Origin: an uncultured Candidatus Saccharibacteria bacterium
GTDB lineage: Bacteria > Patescibacteriota > Dojkabacteria > SC72
Direction: 5' to 3'
Assembly (NCBI GenBank): GCA_964621555.1
Contig: CAZUOO010000001.1
Coordinates: 1,059 to 65,058, forward strand
DNA length: 64,000 nucleotides
Below the pieces are notes generated by a model that was not told the DNA's origin, searched no databases, and saw only the letters and a program-made list of their open reading frames with translations. Within the stretch, counting starts at the first letter, position 1. The number at the start of each line of letters is the position of its first letter. Below, in pieces: positions 61,188-64,000 of this stretch. A program made the translations under genes and the position numbers.

Positions 61188-62508
61188 CTACACATTAAGT
61201 CCAGAAACAATAACTGAAATATCTAGGCGGAAGGAAGAACCAAGTTGGATGCTTGAAGTACGGCTAGAAGCCCTAGAAACCTTCAAAACTATGCCAAATC
61301 CACAATGGGGACCAGATATATCCGAAATAGATTTCAACAAAATACAATATTACACACCTGGGGAAAGTACCAAATCAGCTTGGGAGAGCATACCTCAAAA
61401 GATACTAAATGATTTTGAGAAGATTGGAGTACCACAACGAGAAAGAAAGTTTCTAGCAGGGGTATCTACACAGTATGACTCTGAAATTATATACCACAAC
61501 TTTAAAAAGAGATTTGAAAACACTGGAGTAATATTTGAGAGCATAGAAAATGGTCTAAAAAAATATCCCCACATATTTAGGGAATACTTTGGGAAAATTA
61601 TAAGTGCAAAAGATAATAAATATGCAGCACTAAATACCGCCTTCTGGAGTGGAGGAAGTTTTGTCTATGTTCCTAAAGGTATAAAGCTTGTGTTACCAAT
61701 TGAAACATACTTTAGAATTAACGCCAAGGCACTAGGACAATTTGAAAGAACTCTAATTATAGCTCAAGAGAAATCCTCCATACACTATATAGAAGGCTGT
61801 ACCGCACCTCAATACCTAGCATCATCCCTCCACTGCGGAGTTGTAGAGATATTTGCAATGAAACAATCACACGTAACATATACAACCCTCCAAAACTGGT
61901 CTACAAATGTCTATAACCTTGTAACAAAAAGAGCACTTGCTAAAGAAGAAGCTTTGGTAGAGTGGGTAGATTGCAATATTGGCTCAAAGATAACTATGAA
62001 ATATCCCTCGGTAATACTAGAAGGGGATAGATCAGTAGGAAAGCTAACATCGTTAACTCTAGCTTCAAATGGTCAGCAGATAGATTCAGGGGGGAAGATG
62101 ATACACATTGGCAAGGAAACCCAAAGCATTATTCGCTCTAAGACTGTATGTTCAAATGGTGGTACAGCCACGTATAGAGGACTTTCCAAAATAACGAAAG
62201 AAGCCAACAATAGTAGGGCGTTTGTAGATTGTGACTCACTCATTCTAGATATACACTCTAAATCTCTCGCAATACCAGAGGATGTAGTCGAAAATAGTAG
62301 CTCAGTGTTTGAGCACGAGGCATACATATCAAACATATCTCAAGACCAACTTCATTACTTAATGTCCAAAGGAATCTCTGAAGATCGTGCCCGAGATTTA
62401 ATAGTACAAGGGTTTGCGGAATCAATAGTGCAACTACTACCAAATGAATATTCCGTTGAACTTGAACGAATACTATTTCATTTTAGCAAGAAGGAAGGAT
62501 ATGAGTAA
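61180..62508 (+). CDS. sufB: Fe-S cluster assembly protein SufB/SufD family (probably SufB)
   Basis: AFWSGGSFVYVPKGIKL and C-terminal LHYLMSKGISEDRARDLIVQGF. The start is trimmed to the MSNY overlap (ATGA) with sufC. Confidence 0.75.
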   Translation: MSNYTLSPETITEISRRKEEPSWMLEVRLEALETFKTMPNPQWGPDISEIDFNKIQYYTPGESTKSAWESIPQKILNDFEKIGVPQRERKFLAGVSTQYDSEIIYHNFKKRFENTGVIFESIENGLKKYPHIFREYFGKIISAKDNKYAALNTAFWSGGSFVYVPKGIKLVLPIETYFRINAKALGQFERTLIIAQEKSSIHYIEGCTAPQYLASSLHCGVVEIFAMKQSHVTYTTLQNWSTNVYNLVTKRALAKEEALVEWVDCNIGSKITMKYPSVILEGDRSVGKLTSLTLASNGQQIDSGGKMIHIGKETQSIIRSKTVCSNGGTATYRGLSKITKEANNSRAFVDCDSLILDIHSKSLAIPEDVVENSSSVFEHEAYISNISQDQLHYLMSKGISEDRARDLIVQGFAESIVQLLPNEYSVELERILFHFSKKEGYE

Positions 62509-62956
62509 TAGAGAAGTAAAAGTATTACAAATAGACAGAATCAAGAATGAAAGGGTAGTGAGAATCACCAAAGACAGCGAGTACATACTAAAGTGTAACC
62601 CAAATACTACTGGTGAGTACACTCTTAAGTTCATCCCAATTGCAGAGGATATCACAATAAATGTTAGACTTAACGCATACTTAGAGCATAATTCTCACCT
62701 CACTCTTAAAATAATCTTCCAACAGGTAAACAAGTCCAATAACTTCAACTACCTATTTAATGGAAAGATAATACTTTTTGACGATAGTAAAGCTAAAGTA
62801 TTTCCAATAATACAAACCCAAGGGAATATGGCTACAGCCAACCATAAATTATCAATAGGGGGGATTGATCCAAATACAATAGAATACCTATCATCGAAAG
62901 GTCTATCAAAACTAGAGATTGAAAGTATTATAAAAAGTGAAATAGATGGACTTTAG
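62501..62956 (+). CDS. Truncated SufD-like protein (~150 aa)
   Basis: The C-terminus ANHKLSIGGIDPNTIEYLSSKGLSKLEIESII resembles the SufB/D C-terminal helices, but the protein is about one third of normal SufD length. ATGA overlap with sufB. Confidence 0.5.
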   Translation: MSNREVKVLQIDRIKNERVVRITKDSEYILKCNPNTTGEYTLKFIPIAEDITINVRLNAYLEHNSHLTLKIIFQQVNKSNNFNYLFNGKIILFDDSKAKVFPIIQTQGNMATANHKLSIGGIDPNTIEYLSSKGLSKLEIESIIKSEIDGL

Positions 62957-63657
62957 TAGTTTCTAACCACTACCTTATCTACATACTTAGACATGATACT
63001 TGCAAACTCATTTAGCTCTCCTTCATTAAAACTATTACTATTATCCAAACTCATATCTATTGACTTTCCACTTCTAAAATTCTGAATGTAATATATTGGA
63101 GATCCCTTCACCAACTTCCCAATCTCTTCCATTATCTTAGTATTGTGCATACCTTTAACTACCGTAGTTCTGAACTCATACTCCACCCCAGAGTTTTTCA
63201 ACATATCGATAGTCTCTTTGATATTCTGTGATTTCATTCCACCATTCACCCCCTGTTTATACATTTCATCCTCATATTTAACATCCATCGCCCAGTAATC
63301 AACCAAACCAGTTTCAAGAATTTCCGCGACCTTAAGAGGAAAGGTACCGTTGGTATCCAGTTTAATTTGCAATGTTGGTACCTCAGTACGTACTCTAGAT
63401 ATGAAAGGTATTAGGTCTTTATGTACAGTTGGTTCACCACCAGTAATTACAAATCCGTCTAACTTACTTTCCCGCTCTTTCAAGAACTGCACGACCTCAT
63501 CTTCTGTGATGATGTTCTCTTCCTTCAATTCCTCAGTCACTAATTCAGGATTATGGCAGTATGGGCATCGCAAATTACAACCGTATGTAAAAGCGACCGC
63601 CGCCACTCGGCCTGGAAAATCAAGAAGGGTGAGTTTTTCTAGGTGTTGTATTAACAC
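62953..63657 (-). CDS. nrdG: Anaerobic ribonucleoside-triphosphate reductase activating protein (radical SAM)
   Basis: LLDFPGRVAAVAFTYGCNLRCPYCHNPELV, GTG start. Confidence 0.85.
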   Translation of the reverse strand: MLIQHLEKLTLLDFPGRVAAVAFTYGCNLRCPYCHNPELVTEELKEENIITEDEVVQFLKERESKLDGFVITGGEPTVHKDLIPFISRVRTEVPTLQIKLDTNGTFPLKVAEILETGLVDYWAMDVKYEDEMYKQGVNGGMKSQNIKETIDMLKNSGVEYEFRTTVVKGMHNTKIMEEIGKLVKGSPIYYIQNFRSGKSIDMSLDNSNSFNEGELNEFASIMSKYVDKVVVRNY

Positions 63658-63659
63658 GG

Positions 63660-63806
63660 TTATTTAGTCTTAGTAGCTGTTGCTACAAAAGTCTTTCTAT
63701 CTATATACTCTGACTTCTTCCCTTTGTTCCATTGCTGTACAGGCCTAATATATCCAACCACTCGTGAATATACCTCACACTTTTGTCTTTGCATTGTCTT
63801 TTTCAT
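63660..63806 (-). CDS. Stand-alone 48-aa ORF encoding the NrdD-type C-terminal glycyl-radical peptide
   Basis: MKKTMQRQKCEVYSRVVGYIRPVQQWNKGKKSEYIDRK... contains the RVxGY glycyl-radical motif and the WNxGK tail normally contiguous with the NrdD C-terminus. It lies 3 nt upstream of the nrdG start. Confidence 0.5.
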   Translation of the reverse strand: MKKTMQRQKCEVYSRVVGYIRPVQQWNKGKKSEYIDRKTFVATATKTK

Positions 63807-63831
63807 CTAACTATATAAATAATGTTAAATA

Positions 63832-64000
63832 CTAATCTTTATAACCGATTTCGATATCACACTTAGGACAGAATTCATGTTCTCCATTTAAATACCCATG
63901 CTTAGGACAAATACTAAATGTAGGGGTAATTGAAAAGTATGGGAGTGCATAGTTTGTAGCGACCTTTTTTACAAAACTCTTGGTAGCTTCAACATCTGGC
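63832..64000 (-). CDS. nrdD: Anaerobic ribonucleoside-triphosphate reductase NrdD, C-terminal part (5' end outside the window), ending after the Zn ribbon
   Basis: ...ATNYALPYFSITPTFSICPKHGYLNGEHEFCPKCDIEIGYKD* is the characteristic NrdD Zn-ribbon region. TAG stop at 63832..63834. Confidence 0.7.
   Translation of the reverse strand, partial: PDVEATKSFVKKVATNYALPYFSITPTFSICPKHGYLNGEHEFCPKCDIEIGYKD

Noticed and set aside
63800-63840. Simple frameshift or sequencing error as the explanation for the nrdD split
   Set aside because: All three frames contain stop codons between the Zn-ribbon stop and the small ORF ATG, so a single indel cannot rejoin them. A true split or decay is more likely, but read-level checking is still needed.

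Overview
This is a 64 kb window of AT-rich (roughly one-third GC), densely packed bacterial chromosome. Genes are small and often overlap by 4 or 8 nt, Shine-Dalgarno sites are weak, and most of the content is housekeeping. The profile fits a reduced-genome bacterium, possibly Patescibacteria/CPR-like, but the lineage is an inference. TGA is not recoded, because the long ORFs (dnaE 1134 aa, uvrB 659 aa) are intact under the standard code.

Clearly recognisable genes:
- DNA repair and replication: dnaE, uvrC, uvrB, mutL, a HelD-like helicase, lexA, an AlkA-like glycosylase and a DUF2779 double-nuclease.
- Energy and central metabolism: a complete F-type ATP synthase operon (atpI-like, atpB, atpE, atpF, atpH/atpA, atpG, atpD, atpC), gpmI, family II pyrophosphatase ppaC, Fe/Mn superoxide dismutase with an upstream ArsR regulator, and a sufC-sufB-miniSufD set.
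- RNA and translation: mnmA, rsmI, rplS, a DEAD-box helicase, and tRNA-Gly(UCC), tRNA-Gln(UUG) and tRNA-Pro(UGG).
- Ribonucleotide reduction: an nrdD C-terminus and nrdG at the 3' edge of the window.
- Envelope and transport: a lipid-linked glycosylation module (flippase-like + GT2 + GT39), a seven-gene operon of membrane-anchored or secreted proteins, a 1082-aa Cys-rich repeat surface protein, a CYTH-membrane fusion with a kinase-like partner, CcdA and TlpA thiol-disulfide components, a ZIP metal transporter and a FtsX/MacB-type ABC pair.

No CRISPR array, transposase, integrase or prophage was seen.

Most noteworthy observations:
- NrdD appears split: its glycyl-radical C-terminal peptide is a separate 48-aa ORF lying between nrdD and nrdG.
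- The ATP synthase delta subunit is reduced to its C-terminal domain and runs in frame into alpha.
- The envelope operon centres on a transglutaminase-like protein that has lost its catalytic Cys.
- A large Cys-rich repeat surface protein carries an SLT-like domain that is paralogous to two other secreted proteins in the window.
- There are candidate operator palindromes upstream of lexA and of the ZIP transporter.
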